This document shows, piece after piece, positions 9,805 through 22,881 of a DNA stretch of 64,000 bases. The notes under the pieces are model-generated. The model saw only the letters and a list, made by a program, of their open reading frames with translations, did not search any database and was not told where the DNA came from. Position 1 is the stretch's first letter; every line of letters begins with the position of its first letter. The position numbers were made by a program, and so were the translations under genes. Where the stretch lies: the NCBI GenBank assembly GCA_048013815.1, contig CM106586.1, forward strand, positions 1,240,001 to 1,304,000, written 5' to 3'. Source of the stretch: Setoptus koraiensis (taxonomy: Eukaryota > Animalia > Arthropoda).

Positions 9805-11226
9805 TAATGTGTTATGAAAAGTATTGTCTCATGACAATTTACTAAATGATGAGTCGTAAACTTTTTTTACAAATATATCTGCTACTGAGATGTATAAATC
9901 TCAATCAATGATAGTAATCTTATGCAATTTTGTCTGTATGTGGTTGTCGCCGTCGTCGTTAATTTTGTCGTCTTAGTCGTCTTACTTGATGATATTAGTT
10001 GAATGGTTGTTGCGATTAATATATCGTGTATATATAGTCTCCTATTAATGGTAGTTTTGCTATTATATAATACAGCACAAATAGAATATATACATGTAAT
10101 AACAGAACAAAAAGTTATTCTCAGTCTATGTCATTTAAAGTGGAACGTCTTGATATAAATTGATTAATTAATTTTCTCGTCTAGTTCGTCTATTAACAAC
10201 TGACTATCGAGCTTGGCGTGGCGAGACATCGATCAATACACAATCTAATCTGTGCTATAAATCAAATGATGAATTCCACGATTCAAGGGTTGTGCTCGTG
10301 TTGCGCAATAGTTTTTTTTTTACGACGATTAGGTAAATTCAATTTGTTATTAAGCTAACGATTCGCTGAGTTGAAACATACCAAAAGGTAAATTGAATGT
10401 TATCTTTTCTTCCTCTTCCATGACTTCTATGTTTCAATCGCATACAATCAGGCACCCACACACCCACAACGTATTCATTATGCATAGTAATATTTCTTAA
10501 TATCCAGGCATTATGATTAGTTGCAAGTATTCTAATTGTGACTAGTTGACTACCATTAAATATGATATCATTAATAATGGTAGGAATGAGAGCAGCATAA
10601 GGATAGGGATTTATGTGTGTGAATCGTATCTAAAATGCTGACTGGATGATCATGATGATTAATGTGTGATTGTGACCAATCAAGTCCACCATCATAACGA
10701 GAAGATGATGGTTAGTTTGTTCTGTGTCTTGGAAAATTTGGCACCTATTTCAATGATGAGATCTATCTATCGCGATCTACCATCATTTTAGATTCTTGGA
10801 AAACCATAATGTTCAATGATCGTAAACAAACAGGTCATAATATCGTCAATAGTAACCTGGTGATCAATTGGCACTGATGATAATGATAGTATATTGTTGT
10901 TGGCACTGACAGTTGAACAATGGCAGTTGTTATGCAAGTTTGGGTTTGTGTGTGTTCGTCTGATTCGATCGCTCTGGTTGGTTTACGTTTTTCTACTGTG
11001 TTGGTTGGCTTGTCGGTTTAGTTTGTCAAAATTGAATTTTCTTCTATCCTCTTCGTTCTGTACGTATCTCATTTATGTCTGAGTGTGCCGTCCATCAATA
11101 GTGATCAAAAGATCAATCTAATATAGTTATATATGTTTATAATCCAGTATATTCGAATGGGAGTATCTAACAGGAACATCTAAAGATGGTTCAATGGCAA
11201 AGTGCACCTGGCGAGGATTAGTAATC

Positions 11227-13834
11227 TCAAGGATAAGTAGCGCTAGTCAAGGCCACATTGGCCGACCTATCGCCGGCCACTTCTTTGGCCGGCGATCCAG
11301 TGGGCGCCGACAAAATTTGCCATCTTTCCTTGAGTGTTCCTGGCGTCGTACAAAGAGCATAAATAGCATAAATGGGCACCATTACGATTGAGCTCAAGGC
11401 CAATGTCCAGCCCATGAGAGTTGCCCACAATGGGTACTCGTATGTGTCATTGTACCTGTTTAGTTTGATGATATTAGTTGATTGGTTGAATCAGTCGATT
11501 CAATTGTTGAACTAGTTTACACATTACAATTTATTGGCAAGGTAAGAATTGGCAAACGTAAACTCACTTGAGAGGCTTGAAATCGATCATAAACATGACG
11601 AAGATGACTCCTGTCAATGTAGGAGTAAAGTATTTCCAACACAACTTGAACCATATGAACGGCTTGTATCCAATCATTTCCTTGATGTTGCCCAAAAATT
11701 TGTCCACTCCTGTTGCACCAACACATTACGATTGGGCATAAAATAAAGAGTAGGTATCAATATCACTCTGTATCCGGCAATTCCAAGTATCAATAGTAAA
11801 CGAAAGGATAAATCAAAAGTAAGCTACTCACCATAGATCCAAGACACTGCGGCACATTCGCAGAAACACAAAAATAGTAGGCACATTCCACTGGCTGCAT
11901 AGTAATCAAACAATTGAAACACATAAATGCCGCCCCTAGTGACCATGGTCAGACCTAGTAGCCAAGAGATGAGACAGGTGATTCCGATGAACCACTCGCG
12001 ACGTTTGCCAACACGCAAATAACCAGGAAACAGGTCGACGATGGCCGTGATGAATCCCTCGACGGATACAAACTGTTTTGTTGGGTCGCGTTGGTCGCAT
12101 TTGTCGATTGGTGGAAATTGTAAGATTGTAAGACAGAATTCAATTGTGAGATACGAGTGCTAAATTATTGAATAAAGTAGAAAACAAGTGGCAACAAACA
12201 AGGTGCGCAACTAACCTGGCTGCCCACTCCCAACAAGAGAATCATGGCGAAAAAGGTGACAGCCCAGAATGGGGCCAGGGGCATTTGAGCAACTGCTTGC
12301 GGATAAACGATGAAGGCCAGACCGGGTCCCTTTTCGGCCACTTGGCTCACTTCAACGCCGCGTTGATCGGCCATGAAGCCCAGGACGGAGAATATGGCAA
12401 ATCCGGCAAATACCGATGTTGAACTATCGAGAGTGGCAACAAACACCAATTGTTTGTAAAAGTTATTGTGGAATGGATTGTAGCTTCCCAGGGCGGTGAG
12501 ACAGCCCAGAGCGAGCGCGTAAGAGAAGAATATCTGAGTTCCGGCGTCCGACCAAACGTTTATGTCGGTGATCTTAGAAAAGTCTATTGTGTCGCATGCA
12601 GTGATAGCAAATAAAATGAGAACGTTGAATAGAATTGGTGATTTTATGCTATGTCCAGATGATTGGTAGACTGACTGATTCGTGAAATTATATTAATTAG
12701 CGAAATAGATTTGAATATTTGCACCTACCTGGCTTCAGATAAAACTCTAGACCCTTCATGCAGCCGGGCAAAGTGAGACCTCGTATCAGTAGAATGGTGA
12801 GCGATATGTAGGGCAACAGGGCGATTATGTAAGCGGATTTTCCTGTTGATTTGATGCCCTTCCATATGCAAAAGAAACAGAAGATCCACATGACTAACAG
12901 ACACAGGGCCAGTTCCCATTGTAGGCCGCCCACTTCGTCTATGCCTGACGATATTCTCAGTATGCGATTTTCCCAAAATTCAACGGTTGAATCGTGGCGC
13001 CGATTGAAGGTCAGATTGATGGCTGCGCCCATTCCGCCCCCATATCCGAGAGAATTTTGATAAACTGATTTGTATGTTTCGTTTGTTCTAATCATGGCAA
13101 TACAATTTGGCGAATTCCAGGAATTTCCGCACGTCGACCAAGGCAGTGGCGACTGAAACGAGAATAGCATGTATAATAGTGCCCAAGCCAATATAACAAT
13201 ATAGTAGATATTCAATAGAAATAGCGCCACTATTGATCCAACGCCCACGCCCTTGGAAATGGGGCACACGTTCTTCCAGACGGTCAAGCCGCCCGTTTGC
13301 CAGTACTGACCAATGCCCGATTCCAGAATGAGTATAGGTATGCCCGCGGTGATCACACAAATGACATAGGGCACCATGAAGGCGCCGCCGCCGTTCTTGT
13401 AGCACAGATAGGGGAACCTAAATAATAGATAATAATATAATCAACATGGTCAGTATAATCAGTATACAGTTAGTTGTATCGAGTGCTCGGATAAGGTGGA
13501 TAAATTCAATTATTCGGTCACTCAATCATTCAATTCAGTTATATTTGGCCACTCACCGCCAGACGTTGCCCAGACCGACCGCGAAGGCGATGGACGAGAG
13601 CACAAATTCGGCCTTGTTGCGCCACTGCTCCCTCGGTCGGTACTTCTTGGTTTTGCCGCCCTGCGTGGTCACTACCTGTTGTTGTGATCGGGTGCCACCG
13701 TTGGCGGCATTGGCCTCAATTAGCGATTCGCGATTGGCTATCGAATCCGCGTCGTCTATATATCTGATTGTGTGTCCATTTGTGAATTGGCTCTCTGTTA
13801 AGGCCTTCGCTGGGGCCTTGTCCTTTTTGGCCAT
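11227..13834 (-). CDS. Gat: Sodium/chloride-dependent GABA transporter (SLC6, Gat-like), 6 exons, ~648 aa
   Basis: Exons 13834-13557, 13417-12729, 12583-12216, 12072-11832, 11709-11568 and 11455-11227, all GT-AG and in phase. SLC6 signatures: [62 protein letters not shown] and [11 protein letters not shown]. An AG acceptor at ~13862 may add a further upstream exon. Confidence 0.92.
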
Positions 13835-16800
13835 TGATTGAGCTGCTGCCAATTGGCCACCTAATTACAACCAGCCAATTGTTGTCCAGATATGAAACCT
13901 ATGTAAAACTTGTTTGTTGTCACAATTGTTGTTGCAATAGATTGTTTTGACCTAAAGGAAAGACGCCTATTGTGCATTGTTGTGGTGCACAGGCCAACAC
14001 AATTGTCCGATTGTCCGCGTAATGTTGTTATCCATAAAACGATACGATGGTTTGGTGATTGTGATATCGGGTGTAAGCGATGAACGATAACAGTGGATTG
14101 TAAAAGAGGCTAATGATAGATTGTTTGAGCGCGATCTTTTCACGATTGTTGCAGCTTCTCGCTGTCTATATATCTATCCATCTATCTAACAAAGCAAGTG
14201 ATGGCGACACAACATACACTGATTGACTAATTAGACAAACAATGAGCGTGATGCAGCTAACCGCTGGCTTTATCCGACCCAACATGCGTGCGATATGTGG
14301 CCGTTGTTGTTGCCACAATTGCAGCTTCTCCCCGTTTTATTGCAACGACGGGCGGCGTCGGTGTTTATTATCATCACGAACGAGCGACTATACGAAACGG
14401 TTGCTGTTCAGTTAATGAAAATCAGTTACGCAATGTTACGCAAAAAATACAAAATGTTGCGCAAAAGTGCGCGCCTTCATACACACAAACAAAGGCAATT
14501 CATGGCAGCAATATAAACACATTGGCGTAATCTCGTCAAGCCAGTAGTTATGTAATATATCGTTTGTTTGCGTTTGCCAGCTTTCAAAGTTGCTGCTCGT
14601 TTTATTGGTGGCTAGATGTTTTTTTGCGAGAGACAGAGCAAGTTGTTGCTGCTGCTGCTGCTATTTTTGCTGTCATATCACCTACCTGTGCCGACCTGTT
14701 GTTGTTTCTGTCACTGTTTGTTTGGTTAGCTGGTTGGTTTAAATCAACTTGAACACTTGTTCAGACTGCAGCTTAATAGCAGCAGATGCATATGATGAAT
14801 TCACTTAACTGTTTTAACTGATAAAATCTCGACGGTTGCGTTTCGCTTAAACGCGAAATCGCGAAATTGTTGTTGTTGTTGTTGTTTGTTGTGCTTGTTT
14901 GTGTTGACGCCTTCAGCTTGTGAGGATAAAAATAATTGAAAGTAGCAGTACTAGTTACCTTATTATGTTATTATGTGTACGATGTCGACTCAATATCCCT
15001 GAGTGCTTTTTCTATTTCAGTGCCAATGTGCCAAGTGTCTAGATCGAGTAGCGGCAACGTCTTAGTTGCGACTCGTCATGTTCGTTAATGTTGCCGCTCG
15101 TCATTGACGTCGTCGACGCCAGAAAATGATGCGACGCAAGCCAACGAAATGCTCGTTTAATGCGTGCTCGATGTCGCTCGCCCAGCTCACAATTTTGTCA
15201 CTTACTCATTATATCTAGCCGAAAATCTAAACTAGATCTAGCTAAATCTAGAGTGCTCTCTCTCTGCCTCTGTTATTTAGCGCTTTTACTTGTTGTTGTT
15301 GTTGCTGTTGTTGTTGCTGCTGACACGGTTGTAGTTGTTGCCATATGAGCAACAACTAGCTTGCCAATAACGCTCAACTACAAACATGGAGACACACAGA
15401 GAGAATGCAATTTTGCACATTATGTTGCATATGCAGATTTATGTATCATACACACTCAAAACTCTGAACTAAACTAAAGAAGCAAACTGTCACATTCATG
15501 CACTGCTCCCACTGCGCCATTAGGGCCTTGATGATGATGATGATCATCGTTATTTTGTCAACTCTTTCTCGCTTGCCATTGCCTGCTCGTTGTTTCCACT
15601 CCTCTTTAGTCTAGACACTAACTAACTAAATATCCGACGACACACCGGCACAGATTCCAACGACAACCACAACAGCAACAACAACAACAACGACACACAC
15701 GCACGCGCCCATAGTTGCCAGAATCAGTTGTTGCAAAATGCCAAATAGTGGCCACTCGAACATGAACAATATATAATGTATATCTGTCAGTGTGTGGCGA
15801 CACAATTATACAATTACACTCTCTCTCTCTCTCTCTCTCTCACTCTCTTTCTCTTTGTGCGTAATAAATTTTCATTCAGCAAACATAATTCATTCCGTTG
15901 ACAATGCAGCAATGTAGCAACAGAGCAACGGGGTATTATGGCACCATGACAACCAGCCAAGTATTACTTGGCTGGCTGTCAGAATAACTGTTAATCCGCG
16001 AAGCCAGCCAACTGACTGATGTGCAATAATTATTTATTCGCCATGAGTGAAGCCAATCCAAAGCAAAATACTACTGTTGGCTCGACGAGTCAGCCATTAA
16101 GCGTAATTGATTGCACGGGATTCACATTGAAAGCTTTTCATCAATTGAACAACAACAACAACTAGTCAACTGTATATTTCAAATGAGCGTCATAAGCAAT
16201 TTCGAATTCACCGCAATCAAGCCACAACTACAGCCAAAACTAATGATTGATCGCATCAATCATGTCATCTCGATGATACGTCCTAATTGTATAATAATAT
16301 ATTGCGCTTGTTGTTATCTAATTGTTGCCAGCTTGCTTAAAACAGACGAGTCACTTAATGGCCACCAACACCGACTCGAATGATTTTATACAAACATATG
16401 GTCACAAATAGAGAGCAACATATTTTGTCTATAGGCTGACTCGTGAGAGCAACAACTGAAACAAATGGCCATAGCTAACCGACTCAACTGGGTCAGACTC
16501 AATTGGGTTTATTAATTAAAATTAGCAAACATTGTCATTGCTCGGTCCAACCACAAAATCGCAACCACTTATACCTTGCACGAGCGCACACTCAGACGTA
16601 CACTTCGCGTCATGATACAAATAATATAGAGATTCAATATGCAAAGACAGAGTCGTGATCGCAATCTTAAATTGCAATTATTATGTGTGTGATGAGAATG
16701 ACAAACAACACGAGCTGGCCTATGGGGTCACAGAGCATCTCTTTATTTGCAGTTTGGCCCATCGCTGGCTGAAAGTATCGAGAAGCCATAGTTTCGATTG

Positions 16801-17168
16801 AGCATTCTGTTTAGAAAAGATATCTCTCGAAGCGAGCGGGGTCCCGCGACAAACAGCTCAAGCTCATGTCAGGTGACTTTTGTCCACGAACAGACTGGCA
16901 GAAAATCGGCAAACATTGGAGCGAAAGTTCCAAATTTAGCTTCCAGATACGTAATCGTCATATGATTACAGTTGGGTTGCTTTCACACCGTGGATTTCAA
17001 CACTTTTTTTCTGGAAAAATAGATGTTTGGATGGCTTAAAAAGACTCAAAAGCGTTTTTTTTCAAGTTCGAGTTGCAGGTATTTTCTGCGTGACTATGAT
17101 CTAAAAATTGCAATTTCTATAAATAATAATCTCGCTGTTCAACGAACAAGTTTCGCTTAGACTGAGGG

Positions 17169-17206
17169 TATATAAAGGGGCATCAATCGAGAGGAAATTT
17201 TCATTC
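17169..17206 (+). promoter_or_regulatory. TATA box plus initiator of the secreted-protein gene
   Basis: TATATAAA at 17169-17176 and Inr-like TCATTC at 17201-17206, at canonical ~30 bp spacing, ~100 bp upstream of ATG 17304. Confidence 0.65.
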
Positions 17207-17303
17207 TTACAACAACCAAAAGTTGCTACCAAAACTGAGAGAAAATCAATCAATTATTTCACTCAATTCATCCAAAATCGAAAAATAAATAAAAAATATC
17301 ACA

Positions 17304-17726
17304 ATGTCAGTCAAAATCATAGTCCTACTGAGTGTGGTTGCCACCCTCGCAACAATGACCCTCGCCGGCCCGATCGAAAGCCATCTTCATGAGAATACAA
17401 AGGAGGCTTTCCAAAATGGCCTCGCGAAATTCGGGGGCGTTAAAAGCGCAGCAAAAAAGGAAGCCAAAGTTGCGCCAGTCGTGCCAGATGACAAATACAA
17501 AGGTGTCCTACCTTTCTCCCAGTACACCGAGAAGCAAGGAGTTTCCGTATCCGGTGGTAAGCCAACGCTGAACGAACAGCATCGCGAACACCACTATACC
17601 CCATTGGCGCCCACAAAGGTTCCTCTTGAGCACAAATCGGCCAAGGACAGACACGCACCCCAGCCTGCGCTCCAGCACACCACTGACAAACAACAAATTT
17701 CTGCAAACATCCATTCGTCAATTTGA
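17304..17726 (+). CDS. Small secreted orphan protein (140 aa, signal peptide, Cys-free, Lys/His/Pro-rich)
   Basis: ATG in good context (acaATG), hydrophobic signal peptide MSVKIIVLLSVVATLATMTLA, a well-formed TATA/Inr promoter, and coding-like composition. No family recognised. Confidence 0.72.
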   Translation: MSVKIIVLLSVVATLATMTLAGPIESHLHENTKEAFQNGLAKFGGVKSAAKKEAKVAPVVPDDKYKGVLPFSQYTEKQGVSVSGGKPTLNEQHREHHYTPLAPTKVPLEHKSAKDRHAPQPALQHTTDKQQISANIHSSI

Positions 17727-17804
17727 GAAGCATAATTTTCAAAACACACACATGCATTCATACAAAATGCATAATCGATTCGACAAACATATACATAATA
17801 CATA

Positions 17805-17839
<35 letters not shown>

Positions 17840-18011
17840 ATATATATATCCCAGCTTATATCTGCTGTAATTAATTATAATTAACGTTAATATTAAAAAA
17901 CAATTGATCAATTAATTAGAGTCAGTCTTGTTTATACAGGTCGCAATACTGTTCGTTGCATTGTTGTTGCTGCTCCAAATGACCCGGTTGATAATTGCTG
18001 TAACTATGATA

Positions 18012-19991
18012 TCATAGCCAGTAATTTGTTGTAACTATAGTGGTGATACTATTCTCGTCCAATCTCACAGGAATCTTAAATCTCTTGTCAACATTAATTG
18101 TTAGCTCTATTGGTTTCATGTGATTGTTCAAAACAATTATCACCAGATGATTAGAGGGTGTAAGTGCGCCCAGCGTCAGTATAAAATCATCGTACAACTG
18201 GCTGTATTCCCCTTGACCACTCAATGCGGTACCGATGATCCTCGAGCCTCTAGGCAGAAATTTGCTGACGTGGCCCATGATATAGAAGCCAGGATTTTTG
18301 TAATATTCTTGCGCTGTTGTGTTGACAATAACCAGAGAGTCAACTGAAAAACGAACAAAAACAAACAACGTTAGTTATAAATAGCAAACGAAAATGAAAG
18401 AGTTACGTCATTGATGACATTTTGTTGCTGGAAAACTCTTCCACAATCTAGAAAGAGAAAACTTTCTAGTTGTGCGACTCACCATGATTTTTCGCCCAAT
18501 TTGGACCACCTTTGGTGTCGAGAGCCAGATTCCAGTCTATCCAACCGTTGACGTGAAATTTCAGATCTTTTATAATGTCCAACGCATAGGTAACTCCACG
18601 CCGCCAACTGCCAAGTTCTACAGGTAAACCTCGGATTGGCAGATAACCCTCAGAAGCTTCAGTGGACAAGATGAACTTGTCTGGGTAGCGCCGTTTTATG
18701 GTTGTCAGTACATGATGAGGAACTGCATAGTTATAATACCAATGAATTGCAATTCCAGTTGTATACTTGTACACTTCTTTGTCTGCCAACACTATCTTTA
18801 GATAGTGCTCGGCTAATATAAGATTATCGTCTAAAATCATAAGTTCTAACTTGTCGTTTTTGTTTTTGGCTGTTGAAACGCTGAGATTTTTCTCGTCTAA
18901 CAGAGGGCCCAGATCAAACTTTATAAAGTCTCTATGATCCTCTGGTCTCATAATCATTGAATTGAAATTCACCGATGGATTCAATGGGTGTATTGGCTCA
19001 TTTTGAACGGTTATACCCCACAATGTAACATTGCGCTTCTTATATTCCTCATAGGATTTGAGCATGTAATTTGCGTATGCCTTGTAATATGGGCCACCTG
19101 GTTTACCTTTCAATGTACCCTTGACTAAATTATCGTTTGTTTTCATCCATCTTGGTGCCGTCCATGCACTTCCGATAACTCGTACATCTTTGGGATAGGC
19201 CTCTTCGTTGGCCACTTTGATCAACGGTATCTTTAGGTGTTCATCTTCATAGGCCAACTCAAAATGTTTCAAGTCGAAGTCTTCTTCAATATCGTCAGCG
19301 TAAGTGTAGGGTCGGACGGAAAAATCGGCACCACCCAACGGCACTCTTATAAAATTGTACTCCAATCCTGTTGCACTGTTGAAATAATCCTCCATTAGAG
19401 ATCTGTTCAGTGGATATTTTAAACTTTGAATATTGAACGAAGCAGAGTCACTCAGCGCACCACCAAAACCGAAAATCTCTTGATATTTATCGCTCGTGTC
19501 GACATTGAGATCTATTTGTTTGTAGTCACGTTCATTGAGAATGGGTCGCTCGTCGAACTGTCGTTTACCATCGCTTGTGAACGTTTTGTGAAATCTCAAT
19601 CCGGCCATGGTAGTCCTCACCACCAGCACATCGTTTCGAAGAGGCCAGTTGAATTGCAATTTGTCGCAATAGTCGACATTACAAACACAAGCCAAATTGT
19701 CTACATCGTTGTCCTGGCCAAATTTTCTCAAGTTGCATGCTGTGGATAGAGAAAATAGAGAAAATGAAATATTGAATACCAATGATTTGATGAGTTGAGA
19801 GACAAATATCAGCTCTAACTCAGTTTGTACTCACTTGTATCGTCTTTGTTTGCGTCACCTTTTACTTCCGTTGCAATAGCGACAATGCCAATAATTACCC
19901 ATATCAATGAGGCCAGTCTGAAAATATTGTCGGCTCCATTGAATCTATTGGATCGGTCGACTAGAATCAACGCTCCTGAAAAGTGACACAT
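18012..19991 (-). CDS. GBA1: Lysosomal acid glucosylceramidase (GH30), 3 exons, ~581 aa
   Basis: Exons 19991-19835, 19739-18483 and 18343-18012 join in frame. Motifs CVCNVDYCD, GFGGALSDS, RVPLGGADFS, ITVQNEP (acid/base Glu), LSTEAS (nucleophile Glu), WIDWNLALDTKGGPNW and MGHVSKF. Confidence 0.93.
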
Positions 19992-21124
19992 TTCCTGACT
20001 GGGAGAACTGAAAACTGGTGAATACGCTAAATTTTGCAAATTATATCGTTTTTCCAATGTTCATAACATTGAAATGTAATCATCAGATTAGAATGGAGAA
20101 CAATAATGAAACAAGAAAACAGTTTGCAACATTCAGTTATTCCATTGGATGACTCTCCGTTGCGATAAGCAATTGAATGAGTGGAATTATATTTGCTGAT
20201 AACTTTAGCTACTTGTATGACATAGTGACAGTATCAAGATCAAAACGTTTGATCTGTAATGCTTTACGCGCCAATCGAGACACGATCGGTGATACCATTG
20301 TCTTCAAATGAATAATTCAAGGCCAAGTTGTCATAACTGCTGTCGGTTTCCTAGTGACGACAACGACGGCGAAGACTACTAATCAAAGATTGTCTGGAGA
20401 TAATTAAAAATCGAGCGCCAACTCAATCATAAGACTCGCAAAGATTGTCCGGATAATACGTGATATAATACGCAAACAAGCTGACGGAGTCTTCAGGTTG
20501 TAATTTGACTATTTATTTGTTTCTCTTAATTGTTTGAAACAGATACTCGTTTATCGCCAAGTTTATTTCTGCCATTTTCCATTGTTCGAAGTTGATCATT
20601 GTCTGACCAGTTCAATATTTCATTTGAGGTTCTTCATTCCTCGTTCTATGAATACAGAGTAAAACACATGGAAATAAACCGGAGTCACTAAGTGTTTGTT
20701 GAATTTATTTGCTGATGATGCTGCTGCGACATTTGTGGGCAATCATCGCCTTTACTAATGATATGATTTTACAAGTACCAGTCACAATTGATTGCAATGA
20801 AAACAAATATTCCCAGACAAAATGGTAATTAGCTAAATGCTACTAATTATATAGTTGCAAGCAAGTCACTCCACAGGGGTTGAATTGTCTTAATTTTATT
20901 TATTTTTCGACGGAAATGTCCGGAGTTTGCAACGCCTTATGATCCAGCAACTATGAAACGGCCTTTTCTCGTCCGAGAACGTTAATAAGAACTCTTTTTG
21001 ATATGTTATAACAATGCGAACTACAACTCTAGAACATATATAGAGATTCATAGAGTCACAAAAAGAAGTAAGTATAAGATACGAGAAAGACGAAACACAA
21101 TTCTAAAAGAAAATTTTCTCATTT

Positions 21125-22603
21125 CTATTTATTTGCTAGATTTACATTGAGTGGCTGCCCATCTACGTTGGGTTCATTAGACTCCGTCTTCAAATGTGCT
21201 CGCTCATTCTCAATAACTGTCGTGTCTTTGACAGAGTCATCAATATCTACTGTCATATTTTCAGATACATCATTGGTAGGATTGGGTTCCTCGCCAGCTT
21301 CCTTCCCCTCTATCCTCATTTCTACAGTTGTAGCAGCCTGGTCATGAATGTCTGCCGGTTCTTCACTGAGTTTATCTATGTTTTTCCTCGATTCGCAAGA
21401 GCCATCAGCAGTCATTAGCTCTTCGCCAGAGTCTTTGTGTATGTGTGAATCATTGGTGAGATTGAGTTCTTTGTCAGGCTTGTTTTCGTCTGTATTCATT
21501 TCAACATTTGTGCCGGCTTGATCATCAAGGGTGGTTGGTTCTCCGCTAGATTCATTCATGTCTGTTTGTTCCTCATTTGATTCCATTTTCATTTCTCCAG
21601 GTGTATCGTTGGAGTTGGTTGGTTCTTGAGATTCACCAAGTTCAGTTTTCATATCTACATCACTAGCGGTAGCTTCTTCAGTGGGGCTGTTTGCTGACAA
21701 TTGTGTTTCGTTAGATTCACTAGACTGACTAGACTGACTCTCTTTCTCGTTTGTTTTACATATCTTGTTTTCCAATAAGTTAACTGCTTTGTTGATTGTA
21801 TTTACGACTGACTTTCTAGCTTTGCGAACATCTTCTCTACCTTGAACTTCTATTGCGTCCAACTTAATGAGGCAGCGGGTCAACATCTCATCTAAAAATC
21901 TGTATTGCTTGTCTTGGGCAGTTCCAGTGAAGTTATCAACTTGACAACTGAGCTCGTTGGCTTCTTTCTGTATTTGTTCAATTTGTTCAAAAATATCTGG
22001 TTCAATTTGCTTCTTGGTGGATACATTGTCGTCGCTCAACGTTTGATTTACTTTTTCTTCTCTAGTTTCTTGAGGTCGGTGCTCGCGATTATGAGTGTGG
22101 GACCTATTGGAGCGCCTAGGAGTGGATTGAGTGTTGTCAGTGTTGCTATCAACTCTCATGATGGGTATTTCTCTGTAGACTCCCTTTTTGTCATCGTCAA
22201 CATGTTGCAATTTTTGAGGAGGATATTTCAAGTGTTCGCTTGTCGTATCCTTAGGGGTGCATCGTTTATGTTGTGAAGATTCCCTCTGGATTGGAATGTT
22301 GATATTGCGCGGATGATCGTAAATTTCCGTGTCATCCCTGGTCGGCTGCATCCATGAATTGATTCTATTGGTTGGCCTTGTTTGGTTCATTTGCTGTTGT
22401 TTCATTCTTTGACTGTTGATGTAATCATCGTAGAATTGATCATCATTGTCATCGTACCAAGAGTAGGGCATTGAGTAAGCCGGTGATGAATAATATGCTG
22501 GCCTCTGGTGAGACGAGAAGTAATCAAACGGCGATATTGCAGGTCGATCAAGTGATGAGTAATAACGGGGCGAGTTGTTACCCCAGAAATCGTAGCCGTA
22601 CAT
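21125..22603 (-). CDS. BAG-domain Hsp70 co-chaperone (starvin/Samui/BAG3-like), ~492 aa
   Basis: BAG domain IEQIQKEANEL...DKQYRFLDEMLTRCLIKLDAIEVQGREDVRKARKSVV, with IPV-like motifs (INIPIQ, EIPIMRV) and a long acidic tail. The first ATG is at 22603. Confidence 0.85.
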   Translation of the reverse strand: MYGYDFWGNNSPRYYSSLDRPAISPFDYFSSHQRPAYYSSPAYSMPYSWYDDNDDQFYDDYINSQRMKQQQMNQTRPTNRINSWMQPTRDDTEIYDHPRNINIPIQRESSQHKRCTPKDTTSEHLKYPPQKLQHVDDDKKGVYREIPIMRVDSNTDNTQSTPRRSNRSHTHNREHRPQETREEKVNQTLSDDNVSTKKQIEPDIFEQIEQIQKEANELSCQVDNFTGTAQDKQYRFLDEMLTRCLIKLDAIEVQGREDVRKARKSVVNTINKAVNLLENKICKTNEKESQSSQSSESNETQLSANSPTEEATASDVDMKTELGESQEPTNSNDTPGEMKMESNEEQTDMNESSGEPTTLDDQAGTNVEMNTDENKPDKELNLTNDSHIHKDSGEELMTADGSCESRKNIDKLSEEPADIHDQAATTVEMRIEGKEAGEEPNPTNDVSENMTVDIDDSVKDTTVIENERAHLKTESNEPNVDGQPLNVNLANK

Positions 22604-22801
22604 GATTGTTGGCTTGTTGATGTTGTTTGATTGGCTCAAGTATGTGTATATTTGCAGGATTAGTTGATGACTGACTCGTTGTATTGTTGTTAAGACGATT
22701 GTAGATTAATAAAATTTTTCAGAATTTCTTAGCATATATTGCGAGGTGTTTACGTTTGAATGTGCGTTTTTAGTCTGTTACTCTGTGTGAATGTGCCGCA
22801 C

Positions 22802-22881
22802 TATATATTGCAATGAGCGAGCTTTCGCGATTTTTCTCGAAATAGCCAGTGTGTTCGCGCCGTTCGCCGAACTTTCCAGAT
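22802..22881 (-). promoter_or_regulatory. Heat-shock-type promoter of the BAG gene: two HSEs upstream of a TATA box
   Basis: GATttTTCtcGAA at 22829-22841 and GAActTTCcaGAT at 22869-22881 are each three alternating nGAAn units with one mismatch. TATATA lies at 22802-22807, ~200 bp 5' of the ATG. Confidence 0.6.

Noticed and set aside
10780-10895. - strand fragment IIEHYGFPRI*NDG resembling a retroviral integrase core segment
   Set aside because: Too short, interrupted by stops, and no other pol or LTR sequence nearby; may be chance.
14288-16383. Several 60-90 aa ORFs upstream of the GABA transporter
   Set aside because: Low-complexity (gtt/ct repeat) regulatory DNA with no homology or consistent splice structure.
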